DNA of 64,000 nt, taken from positions 896,001 to 960,000 of the forward strand of contig CBDANF010000002.1 in the NCBI GenBank assembly GCA_965197475.1, in the 5' to 3' direction. The position numbers were made by a program, and so were the translations under genes. This document shows, one piece after another, positions 46,696 to 56,745 of this stretch (position 1 is the first letter of the stretch; each line of letters begins with the position of its first letter). The notes below the pieces were generated by a model. That model saw only the letters and a list, made by a program, of their open reading frames with translations, did not search any database and had not been told where the DNA came from. This DNA is from Candidatus Poribacteria bacterium (GTDB taxonomy: Bacteria; Poribacteria; WGA-4E; WGA-3G).

Positions 46696-49600
46696 ATGCC
46701 GACATATACAGAAGAAAGATTTGAAGATCACATTGAAGCACATCTGAATCAGTCGGGCTACCAGTCGTTACAATCTACTGACTACGATGAATCTCTCTGC
46801 CAAATACCCGATGAGACGTTAAAGTTTATTCAAGACACGCAATCGGAGGAGTATCAAAAACTGGAACGTCAGTATGGCACGGATACACCAATTAAACTTT
46901 TGGACCGTGTGAATAGAGAAATCGACCGTCGTGGCGTAAATGACCGTCGTGGCGTGCTGGACGTGTTACGGAATGGCGTTAAGGATCGGGGTTGTCACTT
47001 TAAACTGGCATACCCACCACCATCAAGTGACATGAACCCCGAACATAAAGAATTCTACGATAAAAACCGATTCTCACTAATTCGGCAATTGCACTATTCA
47101 CAGCAGAACGAGAAATCGGTTGATATGGTGTTGTTCCTCAACGGTCTACCGTTAGTAACAATGGAACTGAAAAACAGCCTCACAGGACAGACGGTGGCAG
47201 ATGCAGAGAAACAGTACCGAACAGATCGGGATCCGAGAGAACCGTTGTTCCAATTTAAGCGGTGTCTGGTTCACTTTGCGGTGGGCAACGAGAAGGTGTC
47301 CATGACAACGCGATTGCAGCTTGACAAAACACGGTTCTTTCCGTTTAACAAGGACATCGAAAATCCTGTTAATCCGAATGGACACAAAACCGCATATTTG
47401 TGGGAGGACATCCTGCAGCCTGATAACCTGATGGAATTAATCTATAACTTTATTCATGAGCAAGAGGCCACAGAAAAGGTTTACGATCCCAAAATTGCAA
47501 TGGTAAAAGATGTGAAACACAACGTGCTTATATTCCCTCGATACCATCAACTTGATGTGATTCGTAATTTGAAAGCTACTATCGTCAATGAGGATGTGGG
47601 ACATAACTATCTGATCCAACACACCACAGGAAGCGGCAAATCAAACTCCATCGCGTGGTTAGCACATCTGCTAACACATCTTTACAGTGATAAGACACAG
47701 ACAAAACGTATTTTCGACTCTGTCATCGTTGTAACCGATCGACGCGTGCTTGATAGGCAGCTGCAGGAGACGATCAAGCAGTCGGAGCAGGTTGAAGGAG
47801 TCGTTCATTCTGTTGATAAGAACTCGGCACAACTCAGGGAATACCTTGAATCTGGTAAGAACATCATTATCTCAACGATTCAGAAGTTTAATGTAATAGC
47901 AGAGACGATCGGCGCGCTCAAAAGCAAGACCTTTGCAGTAATTATAGACGAAGTGCACTCCTCACAGACAGGCGAGTCCGCACGAAACCTCAGAGCCTCA
48001 CTCTCAAGAGGGATAGAGCAAGAGGAAAATATAGAAGATAATGACCCAGACGAGGTAGAATCAGATATTGATGCTAAAATTATTGCGGAGATGGAACAGC
48101 GTAGGATGCAGGATCATATCTCCTATTTCGGTTTCAGCGGCACACCGAAAAACAAGACTTTAGAACTGTTTGGACGAAAAAATGAAGATGGTGCATTTTT
48201 TCCATTCGACGTTTATCCGATGCACCAGAGCATCAGCGAAGGTTTTACACTGGACGTATTACAGAACTACACGACCTTTAAGCGGTATTTTCAACTGGTG
48301 AAAAGTGTTTCGGAGGATAAGGAGTACGAAAAGGCGCGCACACTTCGCACACTCACCAATTACGTTGACCTGCAACGCCACAGTATTGAGATGAAAACCA
48401 AGATAATGTTGGAACACTTCATCGAACACACGGCAAAAACGATACAAGGTAAGGGACGTGCAATGTTAATCACACCGTCCCGATTGCACTGTGTCAGATA
48501 CAAGCAGGAGTTTGATAAACAGATGCGTGTAATGGCACTTCCTTACGGTTGTCTGGTGGCTTTCAGTGGCACAGTGACCGATAAAGATAACGGACTGGAT
48601 TATACTGAAAATGGGATGAATGCGTTGCCTCCAGGGGTTAAGACAGAAGATGCATTCAAGGATCCACAGTATCGGATTTTGATTGTGGCTAATAAGTTCC
48701 AGACCGGATATGATGAACCACTATTACAGACAATGTATGTTGATAAGAAGTTAGAGGGGTTGCAATGTGTTCAGACTCTGAGTCGACTGAACCGCGTCAT
48801 GTCCGGTAAAACAGATGTGTTGGTGCTTGACTTTGTGAATGACCCAGAACAGGTACAAGAAGCGTTTCAACAATACTATGGGACCACGACACTCGCGGAG
48901 GAGACGGATCCGAACAAGTTGTATGACCTACAGAGCCTTTTAGAAGGTTTTGACCTTTACGACGAGGAGACCATTGAGAAATTCTGCGGTATTTTTTATA
49001 GCAAGAATAAACCTGACGAATTGCTGCAGGGCATCCTTGATGGTGTTGTTGAGAAATGGTCCGAACGTGAAACAGATGAAAGAGAGGAGTTTCGTTCTGC
49101 CTTACAAAGTTATATCCGACTCTACGGATACATCTCACAGTTGATTACCTTTAACGATGTGGCGTGGGAAAAGTTGTATATCTTTGGTCGCCACCTGAAC
49201 AAGAAACTACCGAAGCGGGAACACTCGGACTTACAAGGTCTCCTTGAGTCTGTGGACTTGGATTCGTTTCGAGTGCAAAAGACCTATGAAAACCTAAACC
49301 TTTCCCTTGACCCACGGGATAGTGAGTTAGAAGGGATAAGCAGCGGTGTGGGTGCAATCAGAGAACCTGAGCAGGATTTCCTCTCCAATATCATTAACAC
49401 GCTAAACGATGCCCATCAGACAAATTTTACATCAGGAGATAAGGTTGACATTGCGACTATTAACCAAAAAGTGTTAGATCACGAAGAACTTCGGCAGGTA
49501 ATTGATGGTGATAATACGGAGACCAACAAAAGGTATAAGTTTGATCAAGTGATTGATGAGATTTTATTGGATTTTGTCAATAGCAAACTGGAACTCTATA

Positions 49601-49698
49601 CGAAATTATCAAAACCAGAGATCAATGACGATCTCAAGCAACGTCTCTATCAAGCCTATTGTGAGCAACCGTCTACCGCCGTGCAAAGGAGCGATTAG
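46696..49698 (+). CDS. hsdR: Type I R-M restriction subunit
   Basis: VDMVLFLNGLPLVTMELK nuclease motif; HTTGSGKS, IIDEVH, KFQTGYD and QTLSRLNR. Confidence 0.95.
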   Translation: MPTYTEERFEDHIEAHLNQSGYQSLQSTDYDESLCQIPDETLKFIQDTQSEEYQKLERQYGTDTPIKLLDRVNREIDRRGVNDRRGVLDVLRNGVKDRGCHFKLAYPPPSSDMNPEHKEFYDKNRFSLIRQLHYSQQNEKSVDMVLFLNGLPLVTMELKNSLTGQTVADAEKQYRTDRDPREPLFQFKRCLVHFAVGNEKVSMTTRLQLDKTRFFPFNKDIENPVNPNGHKTAYLWEDILQPDNLMELIYNFIHEQEATEKVYDPKIAMVKDVKHNVLIFPRYHQLDVIRNLKATIVNEDVGHNYLIQHTTGSGKSNSIAWLAHLLTHLYSDKTQTKRIFDSVIVVTDRRVLDRQLQETIKQSEQVEGVVHSVDKNSAQLREYLESGKNIIISTIQKFNVIAETIGALKSKTFAVIIDEVHSSQTGESARNLRASLSRGIEQEENIEDNDPDEVESDIDAKIIAEMEQRRMQDHISYFGFSGTPKNKTLELFGRKNEDGAFFPFDVYPMHQSISEGFTLDVLQNYTTFKRYFQLVKSVSEDKEYEKARTLRTLTNYVDLQRHSIEMKTKIMLEHFIEHTAKTIQGKGRAMLITPSRLHCVRYKQEFDKQMRVMALPYGCLVAFSGTVTDKDNGLDYTENGMNALPPGVKTEDAFKDPQYRILIVANKFQTGYDEPLLQTMYVDKKLEGLQCVQTLSRLNRVMSGKTDVLVLDFVNDPEQVQEAFQQYYGTTTLAEETDPNKLYDLQSLLEGFDLYDEETIEKFCGIFYSKNKPDELLQGILDGVVEKWSERETDEREEFRSALQSYIRLYGYISQLITFNDVAWEKLYIFGRHLNKKLPKREHSDLQGLLESVDLDSFRVQKTYENLNLSLDPRDSELEGISSGVGAIREPEQDFLSNIINTLNDAHQTNFTSGDKVDIATINQKVLDHEELRQVIDGDNTETNKRYKFDQVIDEILLDFVNSKLELYTKLSKPEINDDLKQRLYQAYCEQPSTAVQRSD

Positions 49699-49758
49699 GG
49701 AAAGTGGTGGAGCGACACCGCGGGTATCTGTTCAAGCACCTGCTGTGAATCTTGGTAA

Positions 49759-50949
49759 ATGGAATCATCAAATACTATGGCACAAAATTCTACAAACATC
49801 CCCTTCTGGCGAGATATTCGCGTTCTACGCGTACTGTTCCAAATCCTTTTTCTCGTTGGAGTATGCTTGTTAGCAGGTGTTCTCTACACAAATATGTTAA
49901 AAGGGTTGAACGATCTCGATTTAACGCTCAACCTTGATTTTTTGGGAAATGAAGCGGGATTTGGTATCTCCGAAAGTATTATTGAATATGACCCTTCAGA
50001 ATCGTATCTCAAAGCTTTTTGGGTGGGGGTGCTCAATACCCTAAAGGTTAGCTTGATAGGAATTGTATGTGCAACAGTATTGGGACTCTTTTTCGGCATC
50101 GGTCGATTATCAAGCAACTGGTTGATTCGAAACATAGCGACTGCCTATGTTGAATGTTTCCGTAATATTCCGCTCCTACTTCAGATATTGTTTTGGTACA
50201 CTGCAGTTATAAGGCAACTTCCCTCAGTTAGCAAAAGTATTTCGCTTTCAGAATCGGTGTTCATTAATAACAGAGGAATATATTTACCTTCACTCATACC
50301 AACCCCGGAGATAAGATTTTGGCTCGGTTTTCTGGTTGCGGGTTTTCTATTAGCTGTAATTCTCTACATGTGGCGGTGGCGAAAACTTCAAAAGTTGGAT
50401 CGTCCCGGTTTTCGAGCTAAGTGGGCACTTCCTGCTTTCCTTATAGTTGCAGTCTTTGGATGGTTTCTCACACCGGGCAGACCGTTGACGCTGGATTTAC
50501 CGGCCCTTGAAGGTTTCAACTTCATGGGAGGGCTACGGTTTACGCCCGAATTCTCTGCACTTTTAATTGGGCTCTCTATGTATACGGGAGCATTTATAGC
50601 TGAGATCGTGAGGAGTGGTATACAGGCAGTAGCAAAAGGACAGCGGGAAGCCGCAAATGCTGTCGGTTTAAAAGCAGGACAGACGTTACGTCTAATTGTT
50701 CTACCCCAAGCTGTTCCCATCATTGTTCCACCACTTACGAGCCAGTACCTGAACCTCGCGAAAAACTCAAGTTTAGCAGTCGCAATCGGTTTTCCAGACC
50801 TATTTAGAATTGGAGAAACCATGATATCTCAAACTGGACAATCAATCCCCGTTTTTGCAATGATTATGGTAAGTTATCTGATAATGAGTCTTACGACATC
50901 AGCTGCTATGAATTGGTACAACAACCGGATTACCCGGATTAGAAGATGA
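49759..50949 (+). CDS. aapQ: General L-amino acid ABC transporter permease
   Basis: RNIPLLLQILFWY, AEIVRSGI and YLNLAKNSSLA motifs. Confidence 0.9.
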   Translation: MESSNTMAQNSTNIPFWRDIRVLRVLFQILFLVGVCLLAGVLYTNMLKGLNDLDLTLNLDFLGNEAGFGISESIIEYDPSESYLKAFWVGVLNTLKVSLIGIVCATVLGLFFGIGRLSSNWLIRNIATAYVECFRNIPLLLQILFWYTAVIRQLPSVSKSISLSESVFINNRGIYLPSLIPTPEIRFWLGFLVAGFLLAVILYMWRWRKLQKLDRPGFRAKWALPAFLIVAVFGWFLTPGRPLTLDLPALEGFNFMGGLRFTPEFSALLIGLSMYTGAFIAEIVRSGIQAVAKGQREAANAVGLKAGQTLRLIVLPQAVPIIVPPLTSQYLNLAKNSSLAVAIGFPDLFRIGETMISQTGQSIPVFAMIMVSYLIMSLTTSAAMNWYNNRITRIRR

Positions 50950-51010
50950 TGAAAGTATGTCTGTTGATGTGCTGTCAAAATATACGTATTAATACAAGGA
51001 ACATCACATA

Positions 51011-52192
51011 GTGGAAGCACAAGAAGATATTCAACAAATTAAACCTCCAACTCACGCGAAAGGACTGGCGGGTTGGCTTAGGGAAAACCTATTTAGCACT
51101 TGGTATAACGTCCTTCTGACCTTAGCGGCTCTTACGTTTCTATTTTTTATTTTTAAGGGTTTTTTGACGTGGGCGTTCACAGGTGCAAAGTGGAGCGTTA
51201 TTCCTGCCAACCTTCAACTTTTTGCAGTCGGTACTTATCCGAGGGAACATATCTGGCGTGTATGGAGCGTGATTTATATTTTAAGCGTGTTGATAGGTTT
51301 GAGTGCTGGAATATGGAGTGGATTGGTTCGCCGATTTGCCGTTGTGATCGGTGGTATTTGGTTGATTGGTGCCCTTCTCCCTTTTGAACTCTCAACTCGC
51401 GGATGGTTCTTAGGTGCAGTCGCTTTGATAGGAATCTCTCTTTTTCTGGGGCGTGGTCGGAACAGTTTGCGACGTTGGATTTTGGGATGCTGGCTTCTCT
51501 CTTTTCCCTTGATAATGATAGTGCTACATGGGTTCGGAGAAAATGCTGTGCTGACAAGCAAATGGGGAGGGCTGCTCCTTACACTAATTCTGGCAGTTGT
51601 GGGGATTGTCGTTTCCTTTCCGCTTGGTGTGTTTTTAGCACTCTGCCGCCAGAGTACGCTACCAGCTATCCGATGGGTTTCAACTGCCTATATTGAAACG
51701 GTTCGCGGCGTTCCTTTAATAACAATCCTGTTCATGGGAAGTGTCTTAATACCGATCTTTATGTCGGGTATTGAAATTGACCAAGTTTTACGGATGATGA
51801 TCGGAATAACCCTCTTTTCTGCAGCATACATGGCAGAAAACATCCGTGGCGGACTGCAATCGATTCCCAGAGGGCAACATGAGGCTGCGCAAGCAGTGGG
51901 ACTCAATTATGTGCAGACGATGTTGTTTATCGTTTTACCACAAGCACTCCGTTCAGTGATACCCGCAATTGTTGGGCAGTTTATAGCACTCTTTAAAGAT
52001 ACATCTTTAGTGTCTATCATTGGGCTCATTGATCTATTAGGTGTTGCCAAAAGCGTTATCGCAAATCCCGACTGGCAAGGTCTTCAAGCCGAGGTATATC
52101 TGTTCGCCGCAGTTATCTATTTTGTTTTCAGTTATTCAATGTCCTATGTCAGCAAGGAAGTTGAAACATCCCTCGGTGTAGGAAAAATGTAG
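51011..52192 (+). CDS. aapM: General L-amino acid ABC transporter permease
   Basis: WLRENLFS, WGGLLLTL, AYMAENIRGGLQ and FKDTSLV motifs. Confidence 0.9.
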   Translation: MEAQEDIQQIKPPTHAKGLAGWLRENLFSTWYNVLLTLAALTFLFFIFKGFLTWAFTGAKWSVIPANLQLFAVGTYPREHIWRVWSVIYILSVLIGLSAGIWSGLVRRFAVVIGGIWLIGALLPFELSTRGWFLGAVALIGISLFLGRGRNSLRRWILGCWLLSFPLIMIVLHGFGENAVLTSKWGGLLLTLILAVVGIVVSFPLGVFLALCRQSTLPAIRWVSTAYIETVRGVPLITILFMGSVLIPIFMSGIEIDQVLRMMIGITLFSAAYMAENIRGGLQSIPRGQHEAAQAVGLNYVQTMLFIVLPQALRSVIPAIVGQFIALFKDTSLVSIIGLIDLLGVAKSVIANPDWQGLQAEVYLFAAVIYFVFSYSMSYVSKEVETSLGVGKM

Positions 52193-52229
52193 CATCTTTT
52201 AATCGCAAATCCCGTTAAGGAATATAAAA

Positions 52230-52991
52230 ATGGCAAATCTTGAAAACGCTCCGAATGACCCAATTATTATCTGTGAAGATGTCCACAAATGGTATGATGA
52301 GTTCCATGTCCTCAAAGGGATTACCACCTCTTTCCAAAAAGGCGAAAGAGCGGTGATATGCGGTCCCTCTGGTTCAGGAAAATCTACGTTTATCCGTACA
52401 ATTAACCGATTGGAGGAACATCAACGGGGTAGAATCATCGTTGAAGGCATTGAGCTTACGAATGACCTCCGTAATATCAATCTTATCCGTCAGGAAGTTG
52501 GTATGGTCTTCCAACAATTCAACCTATTTCCGCACTTGACGAACCTGCAGAATATAACGTTGAGTCCCATTAGAGTGAGAAAACTTTCGAAAAGTCAGGC
52601 TAAATCTGAAGCTTTGGCATTATTGGAACGGATGGATATTGCTGATCAAGCGGAAAAGTATCCCTCAGAGATTTCGGGTGGACAGCAGCAACGTGTCGCA
52701 ATTGCGAGGGCCTTGGCAATGGAACCCAAGATTATGTTATTTGATGAACCGACAAGTGCGCTTGATCCTGAAATGATAACGGAAGTATTAGATGTGATGC
52801 GTGAACTCGCACATTCAGGTATGACAATGCTGGTTGTTACGCATGAGATGGGATTTGCACGTGAAGTTGCTGATCGGATACTCTTTTTTGATGAGGGAAT
52901 GATTGTAGAGGATGCAGCACCAACAGATTTCTTTGATAACCCGCAGCATGAACGCACAAAACTTTTTATTTCGCAAACGCTGCAACATTAG
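52230..52991 (+). CDS. aapP: Amino acid ABC transporter ATP-binding protein
   Basis: [23 protein letters not shown] and [11 protein letters not shown] motifs. Confidence 0.92.
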   Translation: MANLENAPNDPIIICEDVHKWYDEFHVLKGITTSFQKGERAVICGPSGSGKSTFIRTINRLEEHQRGRIIVEGIELTNDLRNINLIRQEVGMVFQQFNLFPHLTNLQNITLSPIRVRKLSKSQAKSEALALLERMDIADQAEKYPSEISGGQQQRVAIARALAMEPKIMLFDEPTSALDPEMITEVLDVMRELAHSGMTMLVVTHEMGFAREVADRILFFDEGMIVEDAAPTDFFDNPQHERTKLFISQTLQH

Positions 52992-53038
52992 GATTTATAC
53001 TTGGAACCAGAGTTGGGGTATAATCAGGAATTTAATTG

Positions 53039-53863
53039 ATGAAAACAGAATATGATTTTTCAAAAGGTGAACGTGGTAAATTCTATGATGTGAGGCACAA
53101 ACGGATGCGGTTAAAAGATAAAATAGCTATTGTCACAGGAGCAGGACGCGGTATCGGCAGAGCAATCGCCATTCGGTTTGCCGAAGAGGGAGCTAAAGTT
53201 GTCGTTGATGATGTAAACGATGACATCGGAATAGCAACCGTTTCCGTTATAACCGGTGCAGGCGGCGAAGCATTGTTTGTGAAGGCTGATGTCTCTGATG
53301 CCAAGGATGCGGAAAAACTCATTGCTCAGACTGTTGATACATATCAAACAGTTGACATACTCGTAAATAATGCTATCTGTTCCACAGAAAACGTTTTGAA
53401 TAATAATTGGGAAGCAAACTTAGCAGTTGCACTTCAAGGTACCAGTCATTGCACCAACGCAGTTATACCAATTATGCAGCAGGGAGGCGGCGGTAGTATT
53501 GTCAATATCGCATCAGTCAACGGTCTCATCGGACTGCAGGGAATTCATGCGTATTCTGCAGCAAAGGGAGGCGTTATCGCGTTGACCCGCTCTATGGCAG
53601 TCACACACGGTAAAGACAACATCCGTATCAACTGTATTTGTCCTGGCACCGTGCAAACCGAAGTATGGGAGCCGATGATCGAACGGAATCCGCGTATCTT
53701 GGACGAAATCACGCCGTGGTATCCACTGGGACGCATCGGAAAACCTGTGGACATTGCCAACGCCGCGCTTTTCCTTGCATCCGGTGAGGCAAATTTTGCG
53801 ACAGGGGCGGTTTTTGTCATTGATGGCGGATTGACCGCTGGTAACCACCAGTTTCCAATTTAA
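53039..53863 (+). CDS. SDR-family oxidoreductase (core from ATG 53105) with in-frame antitoxin-like leader
   Basis: TGAGRGIG, NNA, YSAAK and IDGG motifs; upstream MKTEYDFSKGERGKFY resembles CopG/BrnA-type antitoxin N-termini. Confidence 0.85.
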   Translation: MKTEYDFSKGERGKFYDVRHKRMRLKDKIAIVTGAGRGIGRAIAIRFAEEGAKVVVDDVNDDIGIATVSVITGAGGEALFVKADVSDAKDAEKLIAQTVDTYQTVDILVNNAICSTENVLNNNWEANLAVALQGTSHCTNAVIPIMQQGGGGSIVNIASVNGLIGLQGIHAYSAAKGGVIALTRSMAVTHGKDNIRINCICPGTVQTEVWEPMIERNPRILDEITPWYPLGRIGKPVDIANAALFLASGEANFATGAVFVIDGGLTAGNHQFPI

Positions 53864-53972
53864 ATTTCGCATCTTTGTAGTTCAGAATCGTTAATCTTAA
53901 AAGACACATTTGATCTTATATTGCAATTTACTAATAAAGTCAATCAACATCAAATTCACAGGGAGATACGCA

Positions 53973-54824
53973 ATGGTAACACAAGAACAAGTTGGCTTTT
54001 TTCAGGAAAACGGATATCTCAAGTTTGGTAAAGTTTTAGACAGCGATGGCATAGAAGCCATGCGCGCGGGGTTAGATACCATCATTGAATTAGAACTCAA
54101 TGATGGCGATGATTCATCACCGGAATTCAAGTACGGGCATGACCGCCAAGGACAGCGACTCAATAGAGGCAGAGATCACCCGCGCGCAATCCATCAATTC
54201 GTCAATATGTGGAAACGTGAACCCAGTTACGAGGCAGCTATCCATAATCCGCTCATTGCTGGAACAGCGCGTGCATTACTGGAGACTTCTGAAGTGCGTC
54301 TCTGGCATGATCAAGTTATTTCCAAACCACCACAAGATAACGGACATTTTGGCTTTCATCATGATTTCTTTTTCTGGCCCCTAAGTCCTCCGAACATTGT
54401 GAGCTGCTGGCTTGCTTTAGATGATGCCACGGTGGATAGCGGTTGCATGCACGTTATGCCGAAAAGCCACAAAGACGAACATTTCTCAGTTACAGCAAAA
54501 GCAGAATTTGATGCGGAAACCGCAAAAGCACGCGAAGAAGGACGTGAACCGCCACCGAATCCGTGGACAGAAAGACGGGGCTTGGACATAAGCCACGGTA
54601 TTCCAGTGGAGTTAAAAGCGGGCGAGTGCATGTTTCATCACTGCCTCAATTTTCACGGAACACCACCGAATGTTACAGATCACCAACGTCGTGCGTTTGT
54701 CATGATCTTTATGGCGCAAGACGTTTGCTATAACAACGCGCAATCATCGGGGCACGTCCTTGTCCCAACAATTGAGGTTGCGGATGGTGAACCGCTTGTC
54801 GGTGATGGATTTCCGGTGGCATAA
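53973..54824 (+). CDS. Phytanoyl-CoA dioxygenase (PhyH) family protein
   Basis: FHHD, WLALDDATVDSGCM and FHHCLNFHGT...RRA motifs. Confidence 0.9.
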   Translation: MVTQEQVGFFQENGYLKFGKVLDSDGIEAMRAGLDTIIELELNDGDDSSPEFKYGHDRQGQRLNRGRDHPRAIHQFVNMWKREPSYEAAIHNPLIAGTARALLETSEVRLWHDQVISKPPQDNGHFGFHHDFFFWPLSPPNIVSCWLALDDATVDSGCMHVMPKSHKDEHFSVTAKAEFDAETAKAREEGREPPPNPWTERRGLDISHGIPVELKAGECMFHHCLNFHGTPPNVTDHQRRAFVMIFMAQDVCYNNAQSSGHVLVPTIEVADGEPLVGDGFPVA

Positions 54825-54842
54825 CGAGGTTTGAATACTGAA

Positions 54843-56072
54843 ATGAAAGATTCAACGTTTATTACAAGAGTTATTCTGAAAAACTATAAGAGTATCGCCG
54901 CATGTGATGTGCAATTACAACCTCTGACGTTTCTTGTAGGTCGAAATGGGTCTGGAAAGAGCAATTTTCTTGATTCGCTGCGGTTCGTTTCCGATGCTTT
55001 GAATTCATCATTGGAACACGCAATACGCGATCGTGGAGGTATCAACGATGTTCGCCGTCGTTCTCGGGGACATCCAAACCATTTTAGTATTGGGTTTGCA
55101 TTTACTTTACCGAATAGTGCTACGGGACACTATATCTTTAGCATTGGATCTCGTCCACGTGGGGGATACGAGGTTCAGTCTGAAACGTGTATATTTCAGA
55201 GGCAATACTTCCATGTGAATAAAGATTCTGTAGTTACGACTAGTGTAAAGGCTGCACCGGCTGCTGTAACAGATCGTCTCTATTTGGTAAATGCTTCTGG
55301 GTTGCCCGAGTTTCGTCCTGTCTACGATGCGTTTTCTCGGATGGGATTTTATAATTTCAATCCAGATATAATCAGAGATCTCCAAGCACCGGACCCTCGC
55401 GATGTTCTCGCTCGGGACGGAAGCAACCTGACAAGTGTACTCAATCAACTCTCATCTTCTGTCAAGAAAGACATTGAGGAATATCTGGCATTGGTAGTTC
55501 CTAGTGTGCATAGCGTAGATGTAGAAAAGTTTGGGCACAAGGAAACATTGGAGTTCAGACAGGATGTTGCAGGTGATAAATATCCATGGCGATTTCTGGC
55601 AAACAATATGTCTGATGGTACACTCCGTGTATTAGGAATGTTGGTAGCACTTTTTCAAGGAGATCAGGACGCGCAAAAGCGCGTGCCACTCGTGGGAATT
55701 GAGGAACCAGAGATTGCACTTCATCCAGCAGCAGTAGGAGTGTTGCTGGATGCGCTTCGTGATGCTTCCCATAAGACACAGGTTATCATCACCAGTCACA
55801 GTCCAGATCTACTTGATAACAAGGACCTTGATGTGGATTCAATTCTTGCTGTTGAAGCGCATGGTGGAAACACTGCAATCGCCCAAGTAGATGAGGCTAG
55901 TAGGTCTGTAGTACGAGATCGATTGTTTACAACAGGTGAACTTCTACGTCTTGATCAATTACAACCCGATCCAGCGTCTGTTGCTGCTGCTGCAAAAACT
56001 AAACAACCCACTTTATCTGATTTACAGAACGGGAATCTTAACCAACCGAAGAACAAGGAAAAGGACAGATGA
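54843..56072 (+). CDS. AAA_21/ABC-type ATPase
   Basis: NYKSI, GRNGSGKSN, MSDGTLR, IEEPEIALHP and TSHSP motifs. Confidence 0.9.
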   Translation: MKDSTFITRVILKNYKSIAACDVQLQPLTFLVGRNGSGKSNFLDSLRFVSDALNSSLEHAIRDRGGINDVRRRSRGHPNHFSIGFAFTLPNSATGHYIFSIGSRPRGGYEVQSETCIFQRQYFHVNKDSVVTTSVKAAPAAVTDRLYLVNASGLPEFRPVYDAFSRMGFYNFNPDIIRDLQAPDPRDVLARDGSNLTSVLNQLSSSVKKDIEEYLALVVPSVHSVDVEKFGHKETLEFRQDVAGDKYPWRFLANNMSDGTLRVLGMLVALFQGDQDAQKRVPLVGIEEPEIALHPAAVGVLLDALRDASHKTQVIITSHSPDLLDNKDLDVDSILAVEAHGGNTAIAQVDEASRSVVRDRLFTTGELLRLDQLQPDPASVAAAAKTKQPTLSDLQNGNLNQPKNKEKDR

Positions 56073-56686
56073 CCGTTAAAATTGGCTGTATTGTTGAGGG
56101 AGATGGCGAAGTTGAAGCTGTCCCTGTCTTGATTCGGCGTATAGCGTGGGACCTCTATCCAGAGCTACCGATTATTGTAGAGCGTCCAATACGTGCACCT
56201 AGAAATCTGGTGGTTAAAGCAGATGAACTTGAGCGAAGAGTCGAATTAGCAGCTCGAAGGGTTGATGGACAGGGGGTTATTTTTATAATCCTTGACAGCG
56301 ATGTTGAATGTCCTGCTGAACTGGGACCTGCACTACTTGACAGAGCATCGCAAACTCGTAGCGATTTACCAATTGCTGTTGTCCTTGCAAAGCAAGAATT
56401 CGAGGCGTGGTTTCTTGCCGCCGCCGAATCACTTCGCGGACAAAGAGGATTAAAAGACGATATTGATTCTCCAAACGATCCAGAGGCAATCCGCGATGCA
56501 AAGGGATGGCTTAGCAAGCGAATGGAAGACAGCAGAACGTATCGTGAAACGCGCGATCAAGCCGCATTCGCAGCACTCTTTGACATTGAACAAGCGCGTG
56601 AAGCAGACTCATTTGACAAATGCTACCGAGACATCGTTCGTCTCCTTGAAGAATTGCAGAAAGCAAATGATTCAACTAATGAATAA
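56069..56686 (+). CDS. DUF4276-family (TOPRIM-like) protein
   Basis: IVEGDGE, ILDSD, EFEAWFLA and Y.ET.DQ motifs; ATGA coupling to the ATPase. Confidence 0.8.
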   Translation: MTVKIGCIVEGDGEVEAVPVLIRRIAWDLYPELPIIVERPIRAPRNLVVKADELERRVELAARRVDGQGVIFIILDSDVECPAELGPALLDRASQTRSDLPIAVVLAKQEFEAWFLAAAESLRGQRGLKDDIDSPNDPEAIRDAKGWLSKRMEDSRTYRETRDQAAFAALFDIEQAREADSFDKCYRDIVRLLEELQKANDSTNE

Positions 56687-56745
56687 ATGTAAGAAAAAGA
56701 ATATTGACTATCGTATCAAATTTACCAACTAAATGGAGAATTCAA

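Noticed and set aside
46924-46955. Small tandem duplication in hsdR (DRRGVN-DRRGVL)
   Set aside because: In-frame six-codon slippage; catalytic motifs are intact, so it is probably neutral.
38662-49758. Integrative element or prophage carrying the R-M genes
   Set aside because: No integrase, phage genes or att-like flanking direct repeats are visible.
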